Part shown: piece by piece, positions 27,349 through 36,980 of the stretch
How the letters are laid out: every line of letters starts with the position of its first letter
Position numbering within the stretch: position 1 is the first letter of the stretch
Assembly (NCBI GenBank): GCA_964549165.1
Contig: CAZJUH010000001.1
Location: 74,566 to 138,565, forward strand
Direction of reading: 5' to 3'
From: an uncultured Gammaproteobacteria bacterium
GTDB taxonomy: Bacteria > Patescibacteriota > Microgenomatia > UBA12405
Length of the DNA: 64,000 bases
Translations under genes and position numbers: made by a program
The notes under the pieces: model-generated
Told to the model about the DNA's origin: nothing
The model's input: the letters and a program-made list of their open reading frames with translations, nothing else
The model's database searches: none

Positions 27349-27422
27349 GTACCCGTAGCTCAATTGGATAGAGTATTGGTTTGCGAAACCAACGGTTGGA
27401 GGTTCGAGCCCTCTCGGGTACA
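27349..27422 (+). tRNA. tRNA-Arg with anticodon GCG as read from the loop TTGCGAA
   Basis: manual fold: acceptor GTACCCG/CGGGTAC, D-arm GCTC-AATTGGATA-GAGT, anticodon stem TTGGT/ACCAA, T-arm GGAGG-TTCGAGC-CCTCT; acceptor/D/T arms nearly identical to the tRNA-Arg(CCG) at 43238. Confidence 0.7.
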
Positions 27423-27506
27423 CACCTACCTTGAGTTCGACCTGCCCGCAATCGCTGAAGTGATAGCTTCTGCAGGCGGGTTCTCAGTAGGCGCACATCC
27501 ATTTTT

Positions 27507-27590
27507 GGAGGGTTGGCCGAGTGGTTTATGGCGCTCGCTTCGAAAGCGTGTGGGCGAAAGTCCGCAGAGGTTCAAATCCTCTACCCTCCG
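27507..27590 (+). tRNA. tRNA-Ser (anticodon CGA), type II
   Basis: acceptor GGAGGGT/ACCCTCC, anticodon loop TTCGAAA, long variable arm TGGGCGAAAGTCCGCAG, T-arm AGAGG-TTCAAAT-CCTCT; one U-U mismatch in the anticodon stem. Confidence 0.65.
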
Positions 27591-27810
27591 CATTATCCCT
27601 AAGGTTACATACTATCTTAAATTAAGTTCTAAAACGAATCCGAACACCTGATTTAAAATCAGGTATGAATAAAAGAAAAAAATAAACGGAGTGGAGAGAG
27701 ATAAAAGGTGAATATCAGGCCATTAAGGGACATGAATTAAGTCTAAAAAGAAATAGAAAAAGTAGAAAAAACAATCCACTTAAAAATCCAGAAATCTATA
27801 GTTATGTTTA

Positions 27811-27869
27811 TGTCAAGTACCCCATTTGTTAAACCACTTTTTCTATGAGATTTAGTTTTTGAAGATATT
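27811..27869 (+). mobile_element. solo remnant of the IS3-family right end (terminal IR plus last ~35 bp of orfB)
   Basis: tgtcaagtaccccatttgttaaaccactttttcta..tttagtttttgaagatatt is ~90% identical to 5818-5876. Confidence 0.6.
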
Positions 27870-27883
27870 CATTATATAGCCAA

Positions 27884-28783
27884 TCATCTTATTTTTCGAA
27901 ATCCAATTACCAGATTGTTCACTCCTTTTTTGGAAACCACTGGCTGATACCCCTTAGATATAAATTGATCATTCAATTCAAGAAACTGCGCTTGATTCTG
28001 TTTTTTGGGAACAGCACTAACAATCATCCAACTCATAATGTTTTTAAGAAGATCTTTCGCCCCATGAATAGTCGTATCTTCTGGTTTTGCACCCAAAACT
28101 GTCACATACAATCCTCCGGGCCGTAATACCCGATTAATTTCTTCATTTTGTTGTCGTTCAGCCTCTTTCGATAGATACAAATTAAGCCCGTTGCTTATCA
28201 CAAGATCAAAACTTTCATTTTTATATGGGAGATACGTTACGTCTCCCTGTGCAAATAATGCATGTTCTCCAATATCACTTCTGTCGGCAGCTTTTTGAAG
28301 TGCTTCGTGAAGGATATCCATTCCTACAACATATTCACAATAGGGAGCAATAACTTTTGCCGCATTTCCAGAACCAGTGCCAATATCCAAACCTCGCTCA
28401 AACTTTCTCCATCGAACTTGTCGTTCTTCTTCCAATAACGGGATAACTAAAGATAGATTTTTTTCATTTTCGGATTGCGTAATGTCGTACCATAGTGCTC
28501 CATTAGAACAGGGTTGTAATAAAATATGATATCGCTCCTCCTGGGTTAATGCGGTTTGAAGTTGACGTCCGATAGTAATCATTTCATCAAGTGGAACTGT
28601 TGGTAAATATGTTTCTATCCCTTGTTCTTTTTCCACCAATGCCAAATTTACAATTGTATCCCAGGTCTTTTCATCATGCGGATTTTTCGCCGTCATATTC
28701 ATTAAAGTGCTATATTTCTCCTGAAAAAAAAGCTGAATCGCTTCAGGATTTTGACTATGGGAACCTTTTTCATCGGTCTTCAT
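27884..28783 (-). CDS. class I SAM-dependent methyltransferase
   Basis: LDIGTGSGNAAKVIA motif I, VVGMDI motif II. Confidence 0.75.
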   Translation of the reverse strand: MKTDEKGSHSQNPEAIQLFFQEKYSTLMNMTAKNPHDEKTWDTIVNLALVEKEQGIETYLPTVPLDEMITIGRQLQTALTQEERYHILLQPCSNGALWYDITQSENEKNLSLVIPLLEEERQVRWRKFERGLDIGTGSGNAAKVIAPYCEYVVGMDILHEALQKAADRSDIGEHALFAQGDVTYLPYKNESFDLVISNGLNLYLSKEAERQQNEEINRVLRPGGLYVTVLGAKPEDTTIHGAKDLLKNIMSWMIVSAVPKKQNQAQFLELNDQFISKGYQPVVSKKGVNNLVIGFRKIR

Positions 28784-29051
28784 CGAATTTTTGAGTCCAA
28801 TAAATAAGATTAGAATTATTCAGCATAATATTCATATTTTACCTTAAAAGGATCATAAGGGATTGAATAAGTTTCGGTACATTTGAGACTTTTGGTTGAC
28901 TAAATTATGTTCGGCCCAAAATTTAAACATCCTCTTAAATCCCTACATCACGGAATAGCAGGCTACAATCCGGCCATGAGTAAACATTATCAAAGTATTT
29001 TGGCCTTTGGGCTTCTAATTCACCGTGTACATTTGATTTATAGTTTGTTTA

Positions 29052-30959
29052 TTACAACCTTTCTTTAAATCCAAAAAGCCGAAGACCATTTAACACCACC
29101 AAAGCGGTGATTCCAACATCGGCAAAAATTGCTGATGTTAAGCTGCTCGATCCAGAAATGGCTAATATTAAAAATAATATTTTTACACCGACCGCGGCTC
29201 CGGTATTTACTTTTATAGTCTTATTTGATTTCTTTCCAAGTTCAATTAAATAAGGAACTAGAGATAAATTATTATTCATTAGAGCCACATCGGCGTTTTC
29301 AATAGCGACATCTGAGCCAATTGCCCCCATAACAATACCTACCGGAGCAGTAACAAGTGATGGGGCATCGTTGACACCATCACCCACCATGGCGACGTGT
29401 TTATATTCTTTTATTAACTTGTTTAATTCGTCTACTTTTTGCTCGGGTAATAATCCGGCACGAACAGATTCAATACCAATTTGATCGGCAATAAAACGAG
29501 CTGAGGCTTCATTATCACCAGTAAGAATAATTGGACTAATATTTGACTTATGGAGTGAACTTATCATATCCAGACTATCTTCTCTTAACTCATCAGTAAT
29601 ACTAATAACTCCAGTGACTTTTTTATTATCACTCATAATAATGGTAGTTTTTCCTTGTTTTTCAAACTCCTCAACTTGTTTTAAAATTTTATCTTCAACG
29701 TGATGCTCTTCGGTAATAAATTTAATACTACCTAAACAATGATGGCTATCAGAACAAACGGTACATTCACCTTTTAAACCTTTCCCGGCAACAGACTCAA
29801 AATGAGTAAATTCATGAGGAGTAATTTTATATTTTTTTGCTTCCTCTACAACAGAACGAGCCAAAGGGTGTTCGGAAAAAGATTCAATTCCTGAAGCACA
29901 GGCGATGACTTCTTTTTGAGTAAAGCCATTAAAAGGAATAATGTCGGAGATAACAGGTTCACCCTTAGTTAAAGTTCTGGTTTTATCAAAAGCAATTACT
30001 TTAATTCTTCCCAGTTCTTCTAAATATCGTCCGCCCTTAATAACAACACCACGTTTGGTGGCGTTACCAATGGCTGAAAAAATAGTGATAGGGGTAGAGA
30101 TAACCAAGGCACAGGGGCAAGAAATAATAAGAACTGTTAGAGCTTGGGTAAACCAAGGGGTAAATGGTTGATTAAAAAAACCGACGGGGATAACAACTAT
30201 TGAAGCGGCGATCAACATTACGGCAGGAGTGTAATACTGGGCAAATTTTTCGATAAACTTTTGGGACTGAGATTTCTTCTCGGCAGACTTATAAGTAAGT
30301 TTGATAATCTTTGACAAGGTACTATCTTGAGCAGTTTTAGTAACTTCGATTTCCAAATAACCGTTGCCGTTTATAGTACCGGCATAAACCAAGTCATCCT
30401 CATTTTTATTTTTAGGTAATGGCTCACCAGTAATAGTAGATTCATCAACTAAGGAAAAACCATTAGTCACTTTTCCGTCAAGCGGAATTTGGTCTCCAGG
30501 TCGAACAATAACAATTTGTCCAATTTTAACTTTTTTAATTGGAGTTTTAGAGTCTTTTCCTTTTATTTGAGCTAATTTGGGAGTGTTATCCACTAAATTT
30601 TTTAGAGCAGTTTGACTACGATTAATACCAAATTCTTCAAGAGCTTCTCCTAATCCAAAGAGAACCACAATAATTACTGCCTCAACAAATTGGTGGAGAG
30701 ATAAAGCTCCAAAAATAGCTATCGTCATCAATAAATTTATGTTGGCAAAATTAAGGCGAAATAAACTCTTAATGCCATCAATAAAGACATCTTTTCCAAA
30801 AACAAGAATTATGATTATAAAGATTGGTAGTTCAAACCAAATCGGAAGTCTGATTGAAAAAAACGATAATATCTCTGCTGGGATAACAATTAATAAAGAG
30901 GCTATTAAAAGTCGAATTTTGTTTTTCTCAAAAAATTCACTAATTTTATTTTCTTTCAT
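29052..30959 (-). CDS. heavy-metal-translocating P1B-type ATPase (CPC type)
   Basis: TM CPC motif (ISCPCALVISTP), DKTRTLT phosphorylation site, SEHPLA HP motif, VGDGVNDAPSL hinge; start placed at ATG 30959 (MKENKISEFF); the maximal ORF reaches a TTG at 31013. Confidence 0.85.
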   Translation of the reverse strand: MKENKISEFFEKNKIRLLIASLLIVIPAEILSFFSIRLPIWFELPIFIIIILVFGKDVFIDGIKSLFRLNFANINLLMTIAIFGALSLHQFVEAVIIVVLFGLGEALEEFGINRSQTALKNLVDNTPKLAQIKGKDSKTPIKKVKIGQIVIVRPGDQIPLDGKVTNGFSLVDESTITGEPLPKNKNEDDLVYAGTINGNGYLEIEVTKTAQDSTLSKIIKLTYKSAEKKSQSQKFIEKFAQYYTPAVMLIAASIVVIPVGFFNQPFTPWFTQALTVLIISCPCALVISTPITIFSAIGNATKRGVVIKGGRYLEELGRIKVIAFDKTRTLTKGEPVISDIIPFNGFTQKEVIACASGIESFSEHPLARSVVEEAKKYKITPHEFTHFESVAGKGLKGECTVCSDSHHCLGSIKFITEEHHVEDKILKQVEEFEKQGKTTIIMSDNKKVTGVISITDELREDSLDMISSLHKSNISPIILTGDNEASARFIADQIGIESVRAGLLPEQKVDELNKLIKEYKHVAMVGDGVNDAPSLVTAPVGIVMGAIGSDVAIENADVALMNNNLSLVPYLIELGKKSNKTIKVNTGAAVGVKILFLILAISGSSSLTSAIFADVGITALVVLNGLRLFGFKERL

Positions 30960-31284
30960 ATTTATTTTTATAACGCTGACACGATTCAATTTCTGGACCA
31001 ATTTTGGTAACAATTTTATCTGTTAATGACAATAATTTGTTAATGTCTTTATCTTTAATAAAATAAATAATATTTTTTCCAACTCGTCTTTTATCTACCA
31101 TGCCGCAATCAGAAAGACATTTTAAATGATTAGATACATTCGATTGAGACTGTTTGGTTAACTCAATTATTTGACTGACTGTTTTTTCACCATCAATTAA
31201 TGTCGTCAAAATTGACAACCTAGTTTCATCCGAAAATCCCCGATAAAATTTTACAATAGTGGAATTTATTTTTTGTTTTAACAT
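30946..31284 (-). CDS. ArsR/SmtB-family metalloregulator
   Basis: winged-HTH ELTKQSQSNVSNHLKCLSDCGMV; stop overlaps the ATPase start. Confidence 0.8.
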   Translation of the reverse strand: MLKQKINSTIVKFYRGFSDETRLSILTTLIDGEKTVSQIIELTKQSQSNVSNHLKCLSDCGMVDKRRVGKNIIYFIKDKDINKLLSLTDKIVTKIGPEIESCQRYKNKYERK

Positions 31285-31585
31285 ATCACCAACTAATGAT
31301 ATGTTATTTAATTAATTTAATCAAGAGTCACTTTATTTAATAGACATTTCTTTATTGTGAAGAATAAATTTTGTTTTTATTACCGACATTATTTAAATTC
31401 TATCCTCGGCTGATCTGGCTTTTAGGACATGGCGAATAATATCCGCTTTTATATAAAATAATTGTGCAATGTGTTTATCTTTTAGGGTCTAATAGTCATC
31501 CTTATGTTGGTTGTATGCTAATCTATTTATTAGATAATTCTACAAACTGTTTCCAAAATATTAAAAAAATGGACAAAAAAAATTA

Positions 31586-32206
31586 ATGATCGCCATTATT
31601 TTAACCGCCATTGCCACTTTTATTGCCACCGGAATAGATGAAATTGTTGTCCTGACTATACTTTTTGTCCATTACAAAGAAAGCCATTCTGTTAAAGATA
31701 TCTACATTGGTCAATTAATCTCAATGGTAGTTCTTTTGAGTGTTAGCTTATTAGCAGTTTTTGGTATTGCGACCATACCAAAGGAGTGGATTGGCCTGTT
31801 GGGATTCGTTCCACTTGTTTTAGGGGTTAGGGTTTTGTTAACCGGTGATACTGAATCTGATGATGAGTATGAAGAAAAAGATTTAATTAAAAAAACCAAA
31901 AAGTATAATAATTTAATTTTAGCGGTAGCTATAATTGCTATCGCCAGTGGTGCCGAAGAATTATCTATTTATATACCTTATTTGGCATCGCTAAACACCA
32001 AAGATCTTATTACCACATTAATAACTTTTATTTTATTAGTACCAATTTGGTGTGCCGTATGTAAAAGACTTTCTTCTGTTAAGGGTATTCAGGAAAGAAT
32101 TGGAAAATTTGAAAGAATTATTGTTCCAATTGTGTTTATCGGCTTAGGGATATTTGTTTTGATTGAAAACAATACCCTAGGTTATTTTATAAAATTGTTT
32201 TATTAA
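31586..32206 (+). CDS. CadD-family cadmium-resistance transporter-like membrane protein
   Basis: 206 aa, 5-6 TM, N-terminal TAIATFIATGIDEIVVLTILF resembles the CadD family signature; acidic central loop. Confidence 0.55.
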   Translation: MIAIILTAIATFIATGIDEIVVLTILFVHYKESHSVKDIYIGQLISMVVLLSVSLLAVFGIATIPKEWIGLLGFVPLVLGVRVLLTGDTESDDEYEEKDLIKKTKKYNNLILAVAIIAIASGAEELSIYIPYLASLNTKDLITTLITFILLVPIWCAVCKRLSSVKGIQERIGKFERIIVPIVFIGLGIFVLIENNTLGYFIKLFY

Positions 32207-32229
32207 GTCTATAGAGGTTATAATTATTT

Positions 32230-32553
32230 ATGATCAAAAAACTTTTAATCAACGCTCTTGCGTTTTATATTACGGCCTATTTAATGCCAGGCATTGTCAT
32301 TAGTGGTTGGTCAGCTCTGTTAGTTGTTTCTGTTGTTTGGGGAATACTGACAATTACTATTAAACCGATACTCGCTTTTTTAACCCTACCAATTAATATT
32401 GGAACCTTAGGTTTATTTACATTTGTGATTAATGCCGTTTTGCTCTTAATTGTTAGTAATATTGTTCCTGGATTCAGTGTTAATGGTTTCGCCACTGCCT
32501 TACTTGCTGCCGTAGTCCTGGCTGTTATTAACGGGTTTCTGTCGTTGATTTAG
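32230..32553 (+). CDS. phage-holin-4_2/DUF360-family small membrane protein
   Basis: 107 aa, 3-4 TM helices, YvlD-like pattern. Confidence 0.5.
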   Translation: MIKKLLINALAFYITAYLMPGIVISGWSALLVVSVVWGILTITIKPILAFLTLPINIGTLGLFTFVINAVLLLIVSNIVPGFSVNGFATALLAAVVLAVINGFLSLI

Positions 32554-32559
32554 TTCAAA

Positions 32560-33390
32560 TCAAGTAAAATTACTCTCCATCATCGCTTGATATCCCAAGT
32601 CGATTAATTTTTGATAGTTTCTTTTTCTAAAATCTAAAATAAAAATGTCGCTGTCAGTTAGGTTTAGATAGGTTATTTTTCTATTTTTTAATTTTTTAAT
32701 CTCTTCTTGCCCAATACGAAGTTGCATAAAAGCGACTGAGCTATAAAGTACGTCAAGTGAAGAGGTTTTATTATCAATTTTTTTAATTGGTCCGGTAATA
32801 TCAGAAACAATTAACTTGTCAGTGTCTTTAACGAGGGATATTGGTAAATTGTTGGCTAGCCCGCCGTCAATCAAATATTTTTCCTCAATTTTTACCGGAG
32901 AAAATACTCCGGGAATTGAAATAGCAGCCAACAGACCAGGAAAGAGAGGACCCTGATCAAAAACAACCTCTTCTTTTTGATTAATATCTGTGGTGTTAAA
33001 AGAAAATGGTATTTTAAGTTCAGAAAAAGTTTTTACCGGTATAAAACTTCTTAATAATGGTTCAATTCCTCTGGTTGAGCTTTCTTCTGTCCCAAGAGCG
33101 CTGGTTTTTAACATTTTTAAATAGTCGAGTTCTGAGACTAATTTTTCTAAATCAATTTGTGGATTAGCCGCATATATTGTTCCAATAATTGCTCCGATTG
33201 AGGTTCCGGATACTCTGTCTATTTTTATTCCTAACTCTTGAATTGCCTTAATAACCCCGACATGGAAAAAACCTCTGGCTCCGCCACCGCCAAGCACCAA
33301 ACCAATACTTCTCTTAGTAGATAGCACCCCTAAAGTATATCTAATCCTAAAGAATAAAACCGAAAAAGTTTCTTTAATGGTTTTAGCCAT
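32560..33390 (-). CDS. patatin-like phospholipase
   Basis: oxyanion GGGGARG, nucleophile elbow GTSIGA, later DGG catalytic Asp motif (LIDGGLANN). Confidence 0.85.
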   Translation of the reverse strand: MAKTIKETFSVLFFRIRYTLGVLSTKRSIGLVLGGGGARGFFHVGVIKAIQELGIKIDRVSGTSIGAIIGTIYAANPQIDLEKLVSELDYLKMLKTSALGTEESSTRGIEPLLRSFIPVKTFSELKIPFSFNTTDINQKEEVVFDQGPLFPGLLAAISIPGVFSPVKIEEKYLIDGGLANNLPISLVKDTDKLIVSDITGPIKKIDNKTSSLDVLYSSVAFMQLRIGQEEIKKLKNRKITYLNLTDSDIFILDFRKRNYQKLIDLGYQAMMESNFT

Positions 33391-33468
33391 GGTGGTTTAA
33401 ACCAGAGGGTACCTGACAAAGTTTAACTTAAAATTAGTAATCTAACCAAAATGTTCTAAAATAACCAA

Positions 33469-34107
33469 ATGATTATCAACGAAAGACTAAGCAACCAACT
33501 TAAAAAAACTCAAGAAAAATTAAAAGTTCCTCACCTCTCACTTGATGCTCTCGAAGAGATGAGTACTGAAACCAAAAAGATCTTTGATGAGTCGATAAAG
33601 TATTTGATGGCTAAACGCGACCTTCTTAAAAAAGTCGATTTTCGTCATGATTATTTAAAACTCTGGAAACATAAAGGGAAACAAGTTATTTTGCCGATTA
33701 ATTGGCGCTATCTTCTCAGCACTCCTTTTATTTATGGCATGATTTTTCCGGCTTTAATTTGGCACTTTGGCCTGGAAATTTATCATCAAATTTGTTTTAG
33801 ACTTTATGGCATTCCTCTGGTTAAAGCCGGAGAATATTTTATTTATGATCGGCAATTACTTTCCTTTTTAAATCCATTTGAAAAAATAAATTGCTACTAC
33901 TGTTCTTATGTGAATAATTTGATTCGCTATAGTTCTGAAATTGGCGGCCGGACCGAACGTTACTGGTGTCCCATCAAATATGCCAGAAGGGTAGGGAAAA
34001 CTCATTCTCAATATGCCAAATTTGTCGATATTAAGGACCAAAAACAATTTCGGAAGGAATGGGACAAACTTCGCGACTTTTCTGATATTGGTTCTAAAAA
34101 TAACTAA
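33469..34107 (+). CDS. hypothetical protein
   Basis: 212-aa ORF with one hydrophobic segment. Confidence 0.35.
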   Translation: MIINERLSNQLKKTQEKLKVPHLSLDALEEMSTETKKIFDESIKYLMAKRDLLKKVDFRHDYLKLWKHKGKQVILPINWRYLLSTPFIYGMIFPALIWHFGLEIYHQICFRLYGIPLVKAGEYFIYDRQLLSFLNPFEKINCYYCSYVNNLIRYSSEIGGRTERYWCPIKYARRVGKTHSQYAKFVDIKDQKQFRKEWDKLRDFSDIGSKNN

Positions 34108-34109
34108 TC

Positions 34110-35231
34110 ATGGCAGATATAGAATTTAAGCTGACTAAAAACAGAACCATTGGCAATTCAACTGTCTGGTTGCCGATAGCCACCACATTTTTGGTGGTCT
34201 TTATGGCAGTCGTCGCTATTTGGTTTTTCCGGGGAGGTTCTTTTCGACTTTATGCCAGTTTGTTTTTTGGACTTTATTCCATTGTTGGCCAAGTTTGGAT
34301 AGCCGTATTGTTGCTAGGACTTACTCAAACTATAGTTTTTATACCTCTCCATCTGTTGTCGCAACGTTTTTCCAACAGAATTGAAGATTTTGAAGATGAA
34401 CTTGAAAAAACTAAAGAAGACCAACAATATCTTTTATTCAAAGAAAAAGTCAAAAAAGGTGATTGGTCAATAATATTTTATATTCTCAATTTTGTTGTTA
34501 ATGCCATTGCCTTTTTATCAGCCGGAAGAATATTTTTAATTGATTTTTACACTCAAAAACTAAATCCACATTACCTCTACCATTTTATTCCGTATCCTAA
34601 TTATCCCCTAAAAGGAACGCTTTTTAAGTTACCAGCATTTAGAGTAACTGAAACCATCGCCTGGGAATGGAAAAATATCATATTACTTTGGCTGTCTTTC
34701 ATAGTCATTGCCGTAGTATTACGGCTTCTCTGGCGTTTTGTTAAACCAATTTTGGGTGGAAATAAGAAAATACTACAAATAAGGATTAGTCGAAACAAGT
34801 TTTTAGTCTGGGTTGGAGGAGGATCGGGAATATTATTAGTAGTTTCGACTTTTATCTTAAGACATATCCCCGTCGCTTTAGCACCAATAATGTTGGCAGC
34901 TGATTTAACTAGACAAAACACCACCATGAATACGGTGACTGCCATTGGCACCTTTATTATCACTTTTCATTTTGGTTATCAACAAAACAGAAAGGAAAGA
35001 AAAGAGGCCAAATTAGCCAACTTGTCGGATGAGATAATTGAGAAAGTCAGTCAACAGCACTTGAAAAACACCTTAAGAAACGCTGTGGTTTTGGCCCTTG
35101 GAGCATTTTTCTTAACTAATCAAATTCCCTGTGCCTTTGAATTATCTGTGGCCACATTTGAATTATTGGCAATGATAACGCCCTATTTTGAAAAAGGTAT
35201 TATCCAAAAAACAGTACATCAAACTAATTAA
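34110..35231 (+). CDS. polytopic membrane protein (possibly YidC/Oxa1-like insertase; weak)
   Basis: multiple TM helices with a charged helical loop after TM2; no strong motif. Confidence 0.3.
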   Translation: MADIEFKLTKNRTIGNSTVWLPIATTFLVVFMAVVAIWFFRGGSFRLYASLFFGLYSIVGQVWIAVLLLGLTQTIVFIPLHLLSQRFSNRIEDFEDELEKTKEDQQYLLFKEKVKKGDWSIIFYILNFVVNAIAFLSAGRIFLIDFYTQKLNPHYLYHFIPYPNYPLKGTLFKLPAFRVTETIAWEWKNIILLWLSFIVIAVVLRLLWRFVKPILGGNKKILQIRISRNKFLVWVGGGSGILLVVSTFILRHIPVALAPIMLAADLTRQNTTMNTVTAIGTFIITFHFGYQQNRKERKEAKLANLSDEIIEKVSQQHLKNTLRNAVVLALGAFFLTNQIPCAFELSVATFELLAMITPYFEKGIIQKTVHQTN

Positions 35232-36021
35232 TATTTTTCCACCAACCCTGGGCAATTTTTATATAATTTAGAACATATCTTTCTAAAAACCGTCTGACAT
35301 TTTTGTTTGCTATCTCTTTAATTTTATTTTTTAGCTCCTTAAGATTAGTGACCTTAGCAATCTGGCTAATAATTTGATAATCTCTTGGTAGCAAACCTTC
35401 CCTTCGACCTATTTCCTGAGCAATTTCTACACCCTCGACCACATATTCTCTAAAGGCATTTACTGAATTGCGCTTTTCGTATTTGAGAAGACCTTTTAAC
35501 TGTTTTAGTGGTATTTTTTTGGTTTCTTCCTTAGTAAAAAGATTGTTTAAAAAAATTTCCACTCCAAATTTAGTTTTGGCCATTTTTCTGAGACAAGGCA
35601 CTAAATCTTTTTTATAGTACACCCTTTCGCCGGTCAAATCTGAAAGAACATTCTGCATCCACCCGTTTAATGGATACCCCAAAACAACCTTAAATTTACC
35701 TTTTAAAACAGGCTCTAAAAGGTTTTTTAAATGATTATCGGAGAGATTGGTTAGGTCAGCATCAATAAAAGTGACTACTTCACCCTTAGCCCTTTTTATC
35801 CCCTCAACCAAAGCGTAACTTTTGCCTCTGTTTTTCTCAAAATCAATTAGTTGAATACTATTGTTAAACCTTTTTAAAATTTCTAAACTTTTATCAGTTG
35901 ATCCATCATTTATACATATGACCTCATTAATTAAGGGATTTTTTAACAAAACTTCAATAACGCCAGCGACGGTCTTTTCTTCATTGAAAACCGGGACTAT
36001 AGCAGAAACAGATTTTTTCAT
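35224..36021 (-). CDS. family 2 glycosyltransferase (dolichyl-phosphate sugar transferase-like)
   Basis: SAIVPVFNEE, DGSTD and DAD GT-A motifs. Confidence 0.8.
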   Translation of the reverse strand: MKKSVSAIVPVFNEEKTVAGVIEVLLKNPLINEVICINDGSTDKSLEILKRFNNSIQLIDFEKNRGKSYALVEGIKRAKGEVVTFIDADLTNLSDNHLKNLLEPVLKGKFKVVLGYPLNGWMQNVLSDLTGERVYYKKDLVPCLRKMAKTKFGVEIFLNNLFTKEETKKIPLKQLKGLLKYEKRNSVNAFREYVVEGVEIAQEIGRREGLLPRDYQIISQIAKVTNLKELKNKIKEIANKNVRRFLERYVLNYIKIAQGWWKNIN

Positions 36022-36650
36022 TTTATATCTTTAAAAAAGACAGTAATAATATCTTCTCCAAAGTTTTTAGTCTCTCTTTTAGCTGATGGGGGGATAACCT
36101 CAAAACCACGCTTGATTTGGTCAAGAAGTTGGTCATGGGTAGAAAAATATTCAACCTTAAAATCACCAGTACCGTCTTTTTCACTCCATTCTGTCAGACG
36201 TTTTTTTAAGAAATATATCAAACCACTACCAGTTTTCTCTTTTTTCCCGGGTTCACAAATAATAAACACTCTTTTGGTCGCAGAAAAACAATTTTTAATA
36301 AATCTCTTTCTCTCGTCGGGTTTTAGATGATGCAGAATATCGCAGGCAATAATCACATCTGCCGGATAATAACAACTTGGTTCAAGAACATTACCGAGAC
36401 GAACATTTAAGCCTTTTTTCAGAGCATAACTAAGAAATTCCTCATTAGTATCAAAACCACCATAAAGGAATCCTTCAGGTAGAAAATTTGCCAATATTGC
36501 TGGTCCACAGGCCGGTTCCAAAATTAAGTCGCCCTTCTTGGCGAAGCTGGCCATATATTGATAACGTTTGGCAAAATTAGTCCCATGAATCCAACCAAGA
36601 CCCCAAATATATAGCTGGGGATATTTATAAAAAATGCTTTTTTTACTCAT
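36018..36650 (-). CDS. class I SAM-dependent methyltransferase
   Basis: LEPACGPA motif I; overlaps the GT2 gene start by 4 bp. Confidence 0.7.
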   Translation of the reverse strand: MSKKSIFYKYPQLYIWGLGWIHGTNFAKRYQYMASFAKKGDLILEPACGPAILANFLPEGFLYGGFDTNEEFLSYALKKGLNVRLGNVLEPSCYYPADVIIACDILHHLKPDERKRFIKNCFSATKRVFIICEPGKKEKTGSGLIYFLKKRLTEWSEKDGTGDFKVEYFSTHDQLLDQIKRGFEVIPPSAKRETKNFGEDIITVFFKDIK

Positions 36651-36809
36651 TTACTTTCCTAACCTCCTTTGACGATTTTGAAATTCTAAAATAGTAATCT
36701 CTAATTGGGTTTTGTCAAAGTCTGGCCAATAAACTTTAGGAAAATACAATTTTGAATAAGTCGCTTGCCAGGGAAGCAATTCTTTTTGATTGGGGGACAT
36801 TTTATTCAT
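36651..36809 (-). CDS. possible 52-aa aromatic-rich small ORF (MNKMSPNQKELLPWQATYSKLYFPKVYWPDFDK...) between the rSAM/SPASM and methyltransferase genes; speculative
   Basis: ATG-initiated ORF abutting the methyltransferase start; not in the supplied ORF track (below its size cutoff); could be spurious. Confidence 0.2.
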   Translation of the reverse strand: MNKMSPNQKELLPWQATYSKLYFPKVYWPDFDKTQLEITILEFQNRQRRLGK

Positions 36810-36980
36810 CTATTTAATTTAATAAAACGTTCGGTCATACCAATAAAGGATTATACTACTTAACCCACCAAAACTTGTGACACCACCCATTATGGTATCT
36901 GGGCGAGGATTAGTCTTATAGCGACATCCATAATAATATTCACTGTTTATTATTTTTTGTTCTAATTTAATAAAATTACC

